Positions 20,167 to 30,380 of a stretch of DNA of 64,000 bases are shown piece after piece (within the stretch, counting starts at the first letter, position 1; each line of letters opens with the position of its first letter). This DNA is from Porphyridium purpureum. Lineage: Eukaryota. The stretch covers positions 248,001-312,000 of the forward strand of contig VRMN01000010.1 of assembly GCA_008690995.1 (NCBI GenBank), written 5' to 3'. A program made the position numbers and the translations under genes. The notes under the pieces are model-generated. The model searched no databases. It was not told the origin of the DNA and saw only the letters and a program-made list of their open reading frames with translations.

Positions 20167-20602
20167 CCAACAACCCCACTCATTCCTCCCCTGCTCTTAC
20201 CCCTTGATTCCTCCTCCCCAGAATCCCCTAATCCCAAAAAAAACAAACCCTAAAGTAGCTGTACACCCTCTTTTGATCATCAAACCTGCAAAGTACAGTT
20301 AAAATGGTCTAGAAGGTTCAGTACTGAACCTCCGTGCATAAACCACTCAACCGCCAAACCGATAAACCACTTAACCACTTAACCACTTAACCGGTGAACT
20401 GGTGAACTGGTGGACCGAGTTGTTTGTTTGTGCGTGTTATGAAATCTGGGTGGTTTAGTAGAGGAGGCGCGAACCGCTCGGCTCGAGGCGCGCGAAGGGC
20501 GCGAGCGGTTTACGGATTTTTCGGTGGATTTTGTTTCGAGGTGGGAGAGAGGGAGAGGAGATGGGGAGGAGGGGCAAGAGGTGAGGATGCGGATGAGGAG
20601 CC

Positions 20603-21148
20603 ATGTGGATGGGCAAGGACGGTGAATGGGGGAGCGCGCGTGTGTGCTGGGCGGTATGTGTGAGTAGCCATAGCCAGCTGAGCACTGGCATGCTCGGACA
20701 GTGTCGATCGCAAAGTACGAGAGTGGCGTCGCGCGCCGCTCGGCACGTGCCAGGGATAGCCGCGGGTGTGTGTGGATGGAGGGCGACGGAGGGTCGCGCG
20801 AGGCCGTTGACGTATGGGGCATGCCCGCTGCGACGCGCGCCGGCGTTGCGCGCAGAGGCAGCGGATGCTGCGGAGGGAAACCCAGCGACGACGCCGTGTG
20901 AGCAGTGCGGAGGGAAACAGGTCATTCCGTGCCCCATGTGCAACGGAACAGGCACGTTTGCGCTCGAGATGATGGGGCAGTCCTCGGCGTGCCAGTGCCG
21001 ACTGTGCCAGGGGCGGAAGATCACGGCGTGCCCGAGCTGCATGACGCAGGTGTACGGGTCAGTCGTGTGGTGGGACAAGCAAGAAGAAGATCCGGAAAGT
21101 GGAGACGGCAAGATCAACTGGGGCGGTAAACCTCCTTTTCTTAGGTAA
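20603..21148 (+). CDS. DnaJ-type zinc-finger protein (no J domain), probably plastid-targeted
   Basis: CEQCGGKQVIPCPMCNGTG...CRLCQGRKITACPSC; Arg/Ala-rich N-terminal extension. Confidence 0.75.
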   Translation: MWMGKDGEWGSARVCWAVCVSSHSQLSTGMLGQCRSQSTRVASRAARHVPGIAAGVCGWRATEGRARPLTYGACPLRRAPALRAEAADAAEGNPATTPCEQCGGKQVIPCPMCNGTGTFALEMMGQSSACQCRLCQGRKITACPSCMTQVYGSVVWWDKQEEDPESGDGKINWGGKPPFLR

Positions 21149-21298
21149 ATTACTCTCGTCCAGCGCTAGTGCTGGCGTCAAAGTCATGATCGAGTTGGAA
21201 TCTAATGACGCAGATCGCTCCGCTTGCGCACCAGCGGCGCGCATTGGAGGCCGTGTCGCTCTGTTTCGCGCGCGTCTCTCGCGGCCGCGTTTGTCCAA

Positions 21299-21640
21299 TC
21301 ACTGAAGCACACAGCGAGCGGCTGGTGGGCTGGCATCGTCGCGCGGCGGGCTCATGTTCAGCGCGGCGCACAAGTCCGCATTGGACGGCTCCACCAGGAT
21401 CTTCCGGTCCGTGGTCACCACCACCGGTATTTTAAAGTGTGTCCTCCCTAGCATAGTGCTCACCACGCGCTTCTGCGCCGGCTCGGCCTGCAAATCGATA
21501 TACCTAAACCTGACGCTCATCTTGCTCAACAACGCCGTGGCCCTTCGACAATCGCCGCACCAGTTCTCTCCGTACACCAGTACCTCTTCATTCTGCGGCG
21601 CATCCGCGATCGGCTCCTGCTGACTACGCGCGCCATCCAT
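21299..21640 (-). CDS. Glutaredoxin-like protein (NrdH/mycoredoxin-like)
   Basis: VLVYGENWCGDCRRA, FRYIDL, IPVV, LVEPSNADL. Confidence 0.8.
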   Translation of the reverse strand: MDGARSQQEPIADAPQNEEVLVYGENWCGDCRRATALLSKMSVRFRYIDLQAEPAQKRVVSTMLGRTHFKIPVVVTTDRKILVEPSNADLCAALNMSPPRDDASPPAARCVLQ

Positions 21641-22019
21641 CTTGACCGCAGCCGGTCCAGCCACGACCCATCCGCGTCTCCACACGAACCCCTCTTCTCT
21701 TCACCACCACCGCCGCCTCTGTCCCTCTCCGAAGACTGAAAAGTTTGAAGCGTGAACACTTCGAAATAGAACGCAAGAGTTGTTTCAGCCGGAGGAGAGC
21801 AAGATCCAGCAAGAAACTCCGTGGCTTCCGGCGGTAACCGCCGACGGCTCTGTCAGACGATGGAGACCCATCTGAAGACCCCGCCAATTCGAACGTGAGC
21901 CTGCGGCGTCTGTCAAAACTGACGCGAGGTGTTCCGCCGTATGGCGCACATCGACGCTCCGCAACGTAAAAGACAGAACAAGAGTACAAGAAGAAAGGCA
22001 GCGAAGGCACGGCCAGGAG

Positions 22020-22055
22020 ACGACGACGACGACGACGACAACAACGACGACGACG

Positions 22056-22089
<34 letters not shown>

Positions 22090-22090
22090 C
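22020..22090. repeat. Compound trinucleotide microsatellite (GAC)n/(AAC)n
   Basis: Directly visible runs of GAC and AAC units. Confidence 0.9.
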
Positions 22091-22977
22091 TCAAAAGAAC
22101 ATTTCACACTAAACACCCTAGACACCAAGTCGGCACAATGGCGTGATCCGGACCCACCCGCGCGACTCCATCGCTCGCCGCCGCCGCCACCCACACAACA
22201 ATGCCTCGCGCTGTCACATGCGTGTGTGTGACGAGAGCCCTGCGAGGCTCTGCGGGGCAGAAGTAGTGACTCACGCCCATCGTTCTGCTGGGCGGTACAA
22301 ACACATTCGCAGCACCACGCTGCGCCGAGGATCCACAGCGAACGACTGATCGCCGCCTAGGGTATCGTGACGCTTCCAATCAACCCGACGTGTTTTCCTT
22401 CTTGTTGGCACGCAAGTGCGTGTGTGTGTGTGTGTGTGTTGGTCTTGGGTTAGTGTCAGCAGCGTGGATTTGTATGAGTGTTTGGGGTTTGGGGGTTGGT
22501 TTCTTTCCTATGAGGTGAAAGGAGAAAATGAGGATGAAGGAAACAAGGGAAGGGGATCAGGGAAAAGAGAGGAGGAGGGAAGAGAGGGGAATTGAGTGAA
22601 GGCGGGTTGGTGGCGGTGATGGTGGTGGTGGTGGTGGTGGTAGAGGTGAGGCAATTGCGCGGGACGACGAGGACGGAAGAGCAGACTCGGTGAGGTGGGT
22701 AGGTGGGTGGGAAGGGGTGGGGATTGAGGGGTGAGGGTTTTGGGCGGGAGTGCGGAGCGCGCCGATTGCGAGGGTGGGGCGGTGGCGTGGATGCGCGGAT
22801 TGCAAGGGTCGGGGTCGAGAGTGAGGTGAGGAGGAGGAGGAGCGAGGGCGTGGGGAGGCGGCGGCGGCGGCGTGGTGAGGCGCCGCGGGGCGGTGGCAGC
22901 CGGGCGATTCGCGCCGCGCGGGACGGGGACGACGACGACGACGATATCGGCGCGCGCGCGAGAGTGCTTGTGGGAAG

Positions 22978-24060
22978 ATGGGCGACGCGGGCTCGTCCAG
23001 CAAGGCGCATCATAAGCGTAATAATGACGGCTTCCAGAATCCATGGGAGTCGTTTAGAAAAGAGAGCGCCAAACTGTCCGTCTCGATCATGAGCAAATCA
23101 ACAAAGAAGGAGCCGTCCAAAGTGGATATTGCGGCGCTGCAGCTGCTCGCACAACGGCCCAATTTCTCCCTGGCCGAGCCGGCGTTCCGGGAAACAAGAA
23201 AGAACGTCGGCGTGACATGGATTGGACATAATACCTTTGTGCTGCAGTTGTTTGGACTCACCGTGCTGACCGATCCCAACTTTAGCATGAAGGCATCGTC
23301 GCCATTTGTTTTGAATCCGGGCGGGGTCAAGCGGATCGTACCGCCGCCGTGCAAGATTGCGGATCTGCCCACGATTGATGTGGTGGTGATCTCGGCAGAT
23401 CGCACCGACAAGCTGGACAAGGCAACCATCAAGGAGCTGGGCAACCGGTGCAAGTACCTGGTCCCGCTCAAGGTGGGCCAAACGCTCGAGAGTTTTGGAA
23501 TTTCGAAGGATAATATCATTGAGCTAGATTGGTGGGAGGACTATACACAGAACGGCGTGCGCATCGTGAGTTGCCCGTCGCAGTACACCAGCGGGACGAT
23601 GTGCGTGGACGGAAAGTCAAGCAGCGCGTTGTGGTGCAGTTGGGCGTTTTTGGGCGTGCGGTCGCGCGTCTTTTATTGCGGCGCGTCCGGGTACCGAAGT
23701 TGTAAGCGCGGCCAGACGTTTTTGCCATACAAGGAGCGGCTCGAGACGCCTCCCTGTCCGGCGTTTGCGGAAATAGGCTCGAAGCTCGGCCCGTTTGACA
23801 CTGCGTTCTTGCCTATAGGAAACTACTCGCCGCGACACCTGATCTCCTCATTGATGATGGACCCGATGGACGCCACGTGTGCTCACCGCGACCTGCAGGC
23901 ACGGCAGTCTGTCGCGCACGGCTGGGGGACTTTTAACCTCGGCGGCGATGAGGATACATTGGACGCACTGCGGCTCTTGGAAGAAGCCATGATGATGGTC
24001 GGCCTGTCAGATAGCGAGTTTTTGGTCCAGAATCATGGCACAACCAAGGTTTTGTACTGA
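22978..24060 (+). CDS. NAPE-PLD/UlaG-like metallo-beta-lactamase fold protein with degenerate metal site
   Basis: GFQNPW, VTWIGH, LTDPNFS, LP.IDVVVIS, ELDWWE, LWCSW, F.EIG.KLGPFD.AFLPIG.Y.PR, WGTF.L. Confidence 0.88.
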   Translation: MGDAGSSSKAHHKRNNDGFQNPWESFRKESAKLSVSIMSKSTKKEPSKVDIAALQLLAQRPNFSLAEPAFRETRKNVGVTWIGHNTFVLQLFGLTVLTDPNFSMKASSPFVLNPGGVKRIVPPPCKIADLPTIDVVVISADRTDKLDKATIKELGNRCKYLVPLKVGQTLESFGISKDNIIELDWWEDYTQNGVRIVSCPSQYTSGTMCVDGKSSSALWCSWAFLGVRSRVFYCGASGYRSCKRGQTFLPYKERLETPPCPAFAEIGSKLGPFDTAFLPIGNYSPRHLISSLMMDPMDATCAHRDLQARQSVAHGWGTFNLGGDEDTLDALRLLEEAMMMVGLSDSEFLVQNHGTTKVLY

Positions 24061-24380
24061 CGCGGGTTGGTAGTGATCTATTTATGTGGCCTCAAGAGTA
24101 CAAAACATCGTTTTGTAGCTGCGCGCTCCCGCGCGAGAAGCGCGTGTGTGCGCGAACGGCAATTTTGGCTGTTGAGGATAAACGAAGAAAAGAAAAAAGC
24201 GGTATTAGCTTTTCTATCGACAAGATGTTTACCAAATCAAATCCATATACACGTGTGGAGACGCCCCACGCACATGGTGCGTCTATCATTCTCCAAGCAA
24301 GCGTTCCCATTGTGCAGACCGCCCGCGTGTGCGCCCCACTCGCGTGGCAGCCTTTCTCATTTTGCGCGGTTCCTCCCCAT

Positions 24381-24725
24381 TCAGTGTGGGGGCAGCAGCT
24401 GGACCGGCACCGTGACCTTGACTGGCTGCTGGCGACGCCTGTTGAGCAGATTGTGCAACATGCGCAGGCGCGACGGCTGTATGCGGTCCACCTCCATTTC
24501 CTCGTCCGCGCTGGACCTCAGCGCGCGCTGGCGCTCGACATTATGCACCGTGTGCGCCAACACCAGCGCTGACACAACCACCAGCGCCATGACCCCCGCG
24601 CATTCCATGGTCAGCGGCACCAGCAGACGCTGCAGCCGCACTCCATTCCCCGCGTGCATTTTCGCGGCCGGCGCAAACGCCACCACTCTCGGGACGGCGC
24701 CCAAGTACCGTCCACGAAATGTCAT
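24381..24725 (-). CDS. Possible small hypothetical membrane protein
   Basis: 114-aa ORF with hydrophobic segment AGVMALVVVSALVLA. A CTGTAC motif cluster lies upstream (24988-25112). No recognisable family. Confidence 0.35.
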   Translation of the reverse strand: MTFRGRYLGAVPRVVAFAPAAKMHAGNGVRLQRLLVPLTMECAGVMALVVVSALVLAHTVHNVERQRALRSSADEEMEVDRIQPSRLRMLHNLLNRRRQQPVKVTVPVQLLPPH

Positions 24726-26155
24726 TCCGACCTCCTTTCTGCGTTCCCCTTCCGTTCGCTCTCACCACCACCAACCAGGCAGCAGCAGCAGCAGCAGCAG
24801 CTTCGCGTAGATTCACACAACGACGCGCAGTACTTTTTCTCTCCTCGTTCCTTGCCGCTTGGTACAGAAGCGCCTTCCAAGGTCTATGTATACATATATA
24901 TACACCCATCCCCACTCTCCGTCCCCAGTCCACATGCCATTCACCTCAACACCGCACACCCGGAACCCCCCCAAAAAAAATCTCGTCCTGTACACTCGCG
25001 CCATTTCCGACATTCGAGGGGCACTGTACATTCACACTGTACTTCCTCGACGGAATCGCGCACCGATGTGCGTGGAAGTAGCAACATCAGCACGTGTACC
25101 CATGCACTGTACTCTGGTCCATGCCGGCCGGATGCCATTGCAATGCTTACACACACACACCCCTATTTTGTGTGGTTCTTTTGTATGTATTTGTATGTTT
25201 GTGTTTTGGCGCGCGCTATTTCATTCTGATGTGAGTGTGTTTCATGACGCCGCCTGCATTTTCCGCAAGGAAAAGCCACACCGCCGCCCCAAAATTCTCC
25301 TTCCACTAGCGCTTGCGCGGCATCCGGAATCCAGAATCCACACCGTCTCATAAAAACGACCCCAAACAATCACACGCTCTCGCTCCCCGCTCTTGCGTCT
25401 TAGCTTCTTCGCATCTTAATCGCCCATGTTCTTCCTAGACACGCGCATTCACACCTCCACCCAACTCACGGAAAAACGGACACACACCGAGTCGTTTTGC
25501 GTCAAGTCGATGGTTTTCGGTGGTTGACGGTGGGTTTTCTTGGTCTTTTTGTGGGTTTCGACGCTGTTTTGTGGGTGGTTTCCCCACGTTTTCAGATGCT
25601 ATTTGTGGTGCTGGCGTCCAGATGATGTGTTTAAGGGTTTGTAAGATTGAATTGGCCCACGTTCTGGGTCCTTCTTGTCTCCCTTTTTTTTTCCCCTTTA
25701 TAAGCGTTTGATATGAAAGGGGGGTTGTTTTTGTATGCCCCTCGAAAACAAAGGATTACACGGACTTACATATTCGGTACTTGTCGGGGTAGTGATGTGT
25801 GGACACGAAGAAGGTGGCGCCAGTTTGATACGAGACACCACCACAAGGAGCATCGACAACAAGGATCAAGAGGACCGGAAGGGAAAGAGAAAAGAAGGAC
25901 ACGAGCCGAACAGCGCACACGTTCGTGCTGCCGCGCGTGCTGTCCGACGCTAGACACAATTTCGCCACGCGCGTTGGATATAAGTGTTGCATCGCACGCG
26001 GGGAAGAAGAGGAGAAGGCAGAAGACTTGGTGGAGAGGCAAGTGTCACAGTAGACGCGAGAAGTCGGGCAAGGTGGGTGGGAACAGCGCTTGGATTGAGC
26101 ACGCAGGGGTTCAGTTGGGGTGAGAGTCGGCGCGCAGACGGAAAAGGGGCTCGTC

Positions 26156-26368
26156 ATGATGCCGGCAGTGAGTTCAAGTCGCGGAAGGCCGTACGCATAT
26201 GCGACGCCGCACGCAGCGGGCCTCGCGTTTGTTGGCGCGCACTCGAGCTCGCGACAGTCCGGAATGGTCGACGCGTCCTTGCGCGTGCGTGAGAAGGCCG
26301 CCGCGTTCTTGGCGCTTTGCGCGGCTCTGTTTACGACGCAAAAGGCACTGCCAAGCTTGCTCCAGTAG
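26156..26368 (+). CDS. Possible small hypothetical protein
   Basis: 70-aa ORF after a purine-rich leader, with C-terminal hydrophobic stretch AAAFLALCAALF. No recognisable family. Confidence 0.3.
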   Translation: MMPAVSSSRGRPYAYATPHAAGLAFVGAHSSSRQSGMVDASLRVREKAAAFLALCAALFTTQKALPSLLQ

Positions 26369-26648
26369 CATTCGGCCGTAAACGCGCGAAGGGCAAATGC
26401 TCCGCCGAACGGAACAATATCGTAACAGTCTTTCATGTAATTATCAGCTCCAATATCGCGCTCCGGCACACTTTTCCGTCTGTCGAGCAAGAAATGTCAA
26501 CTAGCCCCATCAAATTGTAAACACCATCCACGACTTTGGGAAGAAGAGAACAGTTTAACGTTTACGAATTCTAGGTAACAATTCTTGAACCGTGGGAGTT
26601 GCGTGTCTCACATTCTGCTACGCAACATCCATACACGACAATGCTAAT

Positions 26649-26993
26649 CTATTTTTTCTTCTCGGCTTCCTTCTTCTCAGCCTCCCTCGCTGCCTTCTGC
26701 TTATCAGTTCCCTCGGTCTGCTCCATTTTCTTGATCTGGTTACGGCTCAAATCCGACTTTTCCACAAACTTGGCCCCCACGCCCTCTGGCTTCTGTTCTG
26801 GCGGAACGTCGAGAGGGCCGGTCTCTGCAATCACTGGCGCCGCAATCAGCGCGGCCAATGAAGTAGCACCCACGCCAAACAAAACTGCGCGCCTGGTCAT
26901 TGGCTCCTCCGTCGACATTTTGCACACAGCACCGCCTCGCGCGTGTGCCCGCGGCGCACTGTGCAAAGTTCCTGCTCCATGTACAAACGCCAT
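26649..26993 (-). CDS. Small thylakoid-lumen protein with bipartite transit peptide and twin-arginine signal (paralog 1)
   Basis: MAFV..., VCKM, TRRAVLFGVGATSLAALIAAPVIA|ET; charged mature region. Confidence 0.75.
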   Translation of the reverse strand: MAFVHGAGTLHSAPRAHARGGAVCKMSTEEPMTRRAVLFGVGATSLAALIAAPVIAETGPLDVPPEQKPEGVGAKFVEKSDLSRNQIKKMEQTEGTDKQKAAREAEKKEAEKKK

Positions 26994-27559
26994 GCTAGAC
27001 TTCTTACCTGTTAACAACTCGATATTCTTTCACCACTCTCACTTGAAAGTTGATACTGCGCCTCGCCTTTCTCCTTCTCCGTGCGACAGGAAGTGGGATG
27101 CGAGAAGCAATCTGATGCCGGGCCTGCTTCTTATATCCGCGTTCACAGACCGAACGAGGCTGCCAGATTGTAATTTACTACTGTGTCTGGCCCTTCCACG
27201 TTGCATCCTATTCGCCTCCAGGTGGAGATATGATACCTCGACGCACGCACGCTCACGCCCTCACGCATCTTTCCGTTGGCGCTTCCAGCAGCACATGGAT
27301 TCGCTCCAGTAGAGTCGCGAGCCGGTAATTTAGTGCGGGCAGGTCTGGCGAAACGGGAAATCACAGACGCGAATCTCGACCTGCTCGCATTCCCCGCACA
27401 TCTCGCGATTCTGCGGTGGAATCTACGCGGCATGCAAAACAGTATGGATATCAAAGTGAGCGCCACTATTTCATCCCCACGCACATATACCCTGTTTTTA
27501 CTGTGCAACGAGCAAAGCTACTCCGATTTCTCATCAATCTGTCGTGGTACTCGAGAGGC

Positions 27560-27994
27560 TCACATGCCGTTCTTCTTAAATTTCTTGGCCAGCGCCTCCT
27601 CTTCTTCGAGCTCCCTCTGTACTGCCTTCTGGTACCGCTCCTTCTCCTTGAGCAGCTGGTTCTTCTCATCTTCGAGGTACTCGGGCTCCTTCTCCTTCTT
27701 CTTGATGTTGGTCTTCATCTTCATCGCGGCCTCTGGGTTCTGCAGCAACTCCTCTTCATACTTGAGATCCTCCTCGAGCTTCTTGATCTGCTCCAAGCTC
27801 AGATCGGGCTTTGTGGGCGCCGGCGCGCCCGTCTTGGCGAGCACCGGCGCCGCAAACGCCGCGAGCACGCTCGCTCCCACTCCCACCACGACCGCGCGCC
27901 TGGTCACCGCCTGCTCGCTCGACATGCTGCACACGACCGCTCCACGCACGCGCGGCGCGGCCACCGTCATCCCAGCTCCCTGCACGAACGCCAT
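27560..27994 (-). CDS. Small thylakoid-lumen protein with bipartite transit peptide and twin-arginine signal (paralog 2)
   Basis: MAFV..., VCSM, TRRAVVVGVGASVLAAFAAPVLA|KT; E/K-rich coiled coil; strongly biased GC3 codons. Confidence 0.8.
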   Translation of the reverse strand: MAFVQGAGMTVAAPRVRGAVVCSMSSEQAVTRRAVVVGVGASVLAAFAAPVLAKTGAPAPTKPDLSLEQIKKLEEDLKYEEELLQNPEAAMKMKTNIKKKEKEPEYLEDEKNQLLKEKERYQKAVQRELEEEEALAKKFKKNGM

Positions 27995-28012
27995 ACTTCC
28001 ACAACCTAGACC

Positions 28013-28013
<1 letters not shown>

Positions 28014-28049
<36 letters not shown>
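28014..28049. repeat. (CA)n microsatellite in the 5' leader
   Basis: Directly visible. Confidence 0.9.
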
Positions 28050-28051
<2 letters not shown>

Positions 28052-28549
28052 CCAGACAGATCCACTGTTCGCCGCGCACGCCGCTCTCTACCTACGATCC
28101 ACGTCACACAGCACCAACCTCTCCTCTGTCTCCTCCTCACTACTCTTCCCTCTACCCATAACACCACCACCACGTTTGTCCTCTGTCTCTCCATCCGCCT
28201 TCGCCTCTCCAAAATCTCCCACGCTCCAGTTCTCCTGTTTCATACTAAAACAGAAGATTCTACTAGTACCAGACACGCGCCATACCCGGAAGATCTCCAC
28301 GCTTTGGTAAGGAAACGTACAGTGAGTCACATCAAGCTGTACACCTAAATTCTCATAGAGAGATGGGACGCAAACTGTACCTCCGTCGGGCGGTACATTG
28401 CGGCTCGGTTGCTTCGTTGCAGAGCCGGCAGGTTTCGTGTCGTCCAAAGTCGGTTCGCCACGAGTGCGTGGTGCTGGGTGTCTCTCTCCCCACGATATAT
28501 ATATATATATATCTATATATGTATGTACACATGTGTTACGGCAGCTGCG

Positions 28550-30028
28550 TCAGCTGGACGCAAAGCCCAGCCGCTCGAGATTCGGAAACTGGTACAGCAC
28601 GTCCGTGCCCCAGTCTTCCATGCTCATCACAGTCATGTTGCCGCCAAAGTAGGTGGCGTACAGGCGCGCAAGAGGAAGGCCGTAGCCGAGTCCGGCAATT
28701 GGCCCGTCCTCTGAATTGTCGAAGACATTGGCACTCTCGTTGTGCTGCAGTCGCTGCAGCACGCCAGACATATTCGTCGTCGAGTAGCCAAACGCGAAAA
28801 TTTTGCCCATGTCGCGCAGCGGAAATCCCATTCCGCGGTCCGAAATGCGTATGGATACGTCTTCGTCGCCCTCGGCGATCACAACCACAATGGGCGGGTA
28901 CGAGCCCGCGTGGGATACGTCGCCATGATGCTCGATCATCGAGCGCATGGCGTTCTTCAGCGCCTCGCGCAGGCAAAAGTAAACAAATTCGTCGATGTAC
29001 GGGAATTCGGCGTCCACCTTGCCCACGATGCACACCTCGGGCACGTTGGCTGTACAGTAGAATTTTCGCGCCACGCGCTGTACCACTTCCGCTGCGGCGC
29101 GGATTCGCTGCTCCGGGCGGCACTTCAAGTTGATCAGACCGCGGAAACCAGGCACTTCCTCAAAGCATGCCAAGTAGTGCCCGATCATCAGCCGAATGGC
29201 GATGCGCGACTTGAAAAAATGCGTCAGAAAGACTTGCAACTTTTCCTCTTGGTCGAGCAGAATTGTCGGGTTGTACTCGCGGAACTCGAGCAGCCCGCAC
29301 GCCACATCCCGCGCCACGTGCTTGTGCCGCGCGTAAATATCCTCGAGTAGCGCTGCAAAGGCCCTGATCTTTGCCTCGGGGTCTGCGTCTGTTCGCAATG
29401 CCGGAAAGTCCACAATGTCGCAGAAAGACGCCTGGTACGTCTGCCGCACGCGCAGAATGCTCGGCATGTTGCACAGCTTTCGCGGCAGCATTTCAAGCTC
29501 GCGGACGCGTCGCGCAAGGCGCACAGGAAGCTCCTCTTTGAGCCATTCGCTCGCCAGCAACCGTTTTTCTGTGCTGCGGGCGAGCGTGCCAAACTCGTGC
29601 AGGAATCGCAGCGGAATGGGTGCCGGTTGGCGCGCCGCATACTTGCCCATCTGCTCCGCAAGCTCGTGCGATACTTCGTGCCTCCGTATGGGGCACTTTG
29701 AGTTGAAATGATTCAGCATGCTTGCTGTGGCTGCCGCGGGGAAGGGTTCCGCCGGCGCCCTGTTGTCCGTCGTCGCAACAAAGCCTTCCATCATATTCAC
29801 TTTGGGCACTCTGAGCCCCGAACGGGCCACACTCACGCTCGCCGCAGCCACGACGCTCACTTTCGGCACCAGCTCATTATCATCAGCCTCCTTTCCTGCG
29901 TGCGCACCCAAGTGCTGCGCAGCGCCAGCCACGACGCTGCACGCAAACTGCCGCGGCTGCCGCTGCAAGACGCCAGCACACACGCCCAGTCTGTTCCGCA
30001 CGGCCGCACGCGTGACTGCCCGCTGCAT
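28550..30028 (-). CDS. PDK: Mitochondrial pyruvate dehydrogenase / BCKD kinase
   Basis: LKEELPVRLARR, FFKSRIAIR.MIGHY, EALKNAMR, IRISDRG.G, F.FGYST, AGLGYGLPLARLYA.YFGG, WGTD; Arg-rich presequence. Confidence 0.93.
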   Translation of the reverse strand: MQRAVTRAAVRNRLGVCAGVLQRQPRQFACSVVAGAAQHLGAHAGKEADDNELVPKVSVVAAASVSVARSGLRVPKVNMMEGFVATTDNRAPAEPFPAAATASMLNHFNSKCPIRRHEVSHELAEQMGKYAARQPAPIPLRFLHEFGTLARSTEKRLLASEWLKEELPVRLARRVRELEMLPRKLCNMPSILRVRQTYQASFCDIVDFPALRTDADPEAKIRAFAALLEDIYARHKHVARDVACGLLEFREYNPTILLDQEEKLQVFLTHFFKSRIAIRLMIGHYLACFEEVPGFRGLINLKCRPEQRIRAAAEVVQRVARKFYCTANVPEVCIVGKVDAEFPYIDEFVYFCLREALKNAMRSMIEHHGDVSHAGSYPPIVVVIAEGDEDVSIRISDRGMGFPLRDMGKIFAFGYSTTNMSGVLQRLQHNESANVFDNSEDGPIAGLGYGLPLARLYATYFGGNMTVMSMEDWGTDVLYQFPNLERLGFASS

Positions 30029-30268
30029 TGTGCTCGTCCACTCCTTCGCCACCACTATTCTCCGCCTCACAACACACCCCACCCACACAAGCCAAGCCAC
30101 AAGTCCGCGAGCCGCGCACCGCATGGCACCGACCAGCCCGCCAGATTACTGCGTCATCTCCAGCCACCCCTGAAATAACCTAAACAAGCAGACTATAAAT
30201 ATTAATTTTCTCTTTCCGTCACTGCTTTTGGCTTGGAGCTAATTTTTATGTTGCTGCAGCTCTGCTGT

Positions 30269-30380
30269 ACCCCCGTGGCCTAATGGATAAGGCGGTTGAC
30301 TTCTACTGCACTTTGGCTGAACCTCTGAGTCGAGTGTGGACGTGATCAACAGACTGCGGGTTCAAGTCCCGCCGGGGGTG
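30269..30380 (+). tRNA. tRNA-Arg(UCU) with 39-nt intron at canonical 37/38 position (30306-30344)
   Basis: Acceptor stem ACCCCCG/CGGGGGT; D-arm GCCTAATGGATAAGGC; anticodon stem GTTGA/TCAAC with CT-TCT-A; T-arm GCGGG-TTCAAGT-CCCGC; T5 terminator at 30389-30393; TATAAAT near 30194. Confidence 0.93.

Noticed and set aside
25756..26490. 244-aa minus ORF with ADNYMKDC, faintly like phycoerythrin gamma/linker motifs
   Set aside because: Non-ATG start, no transit peptide and no further matching motifs.
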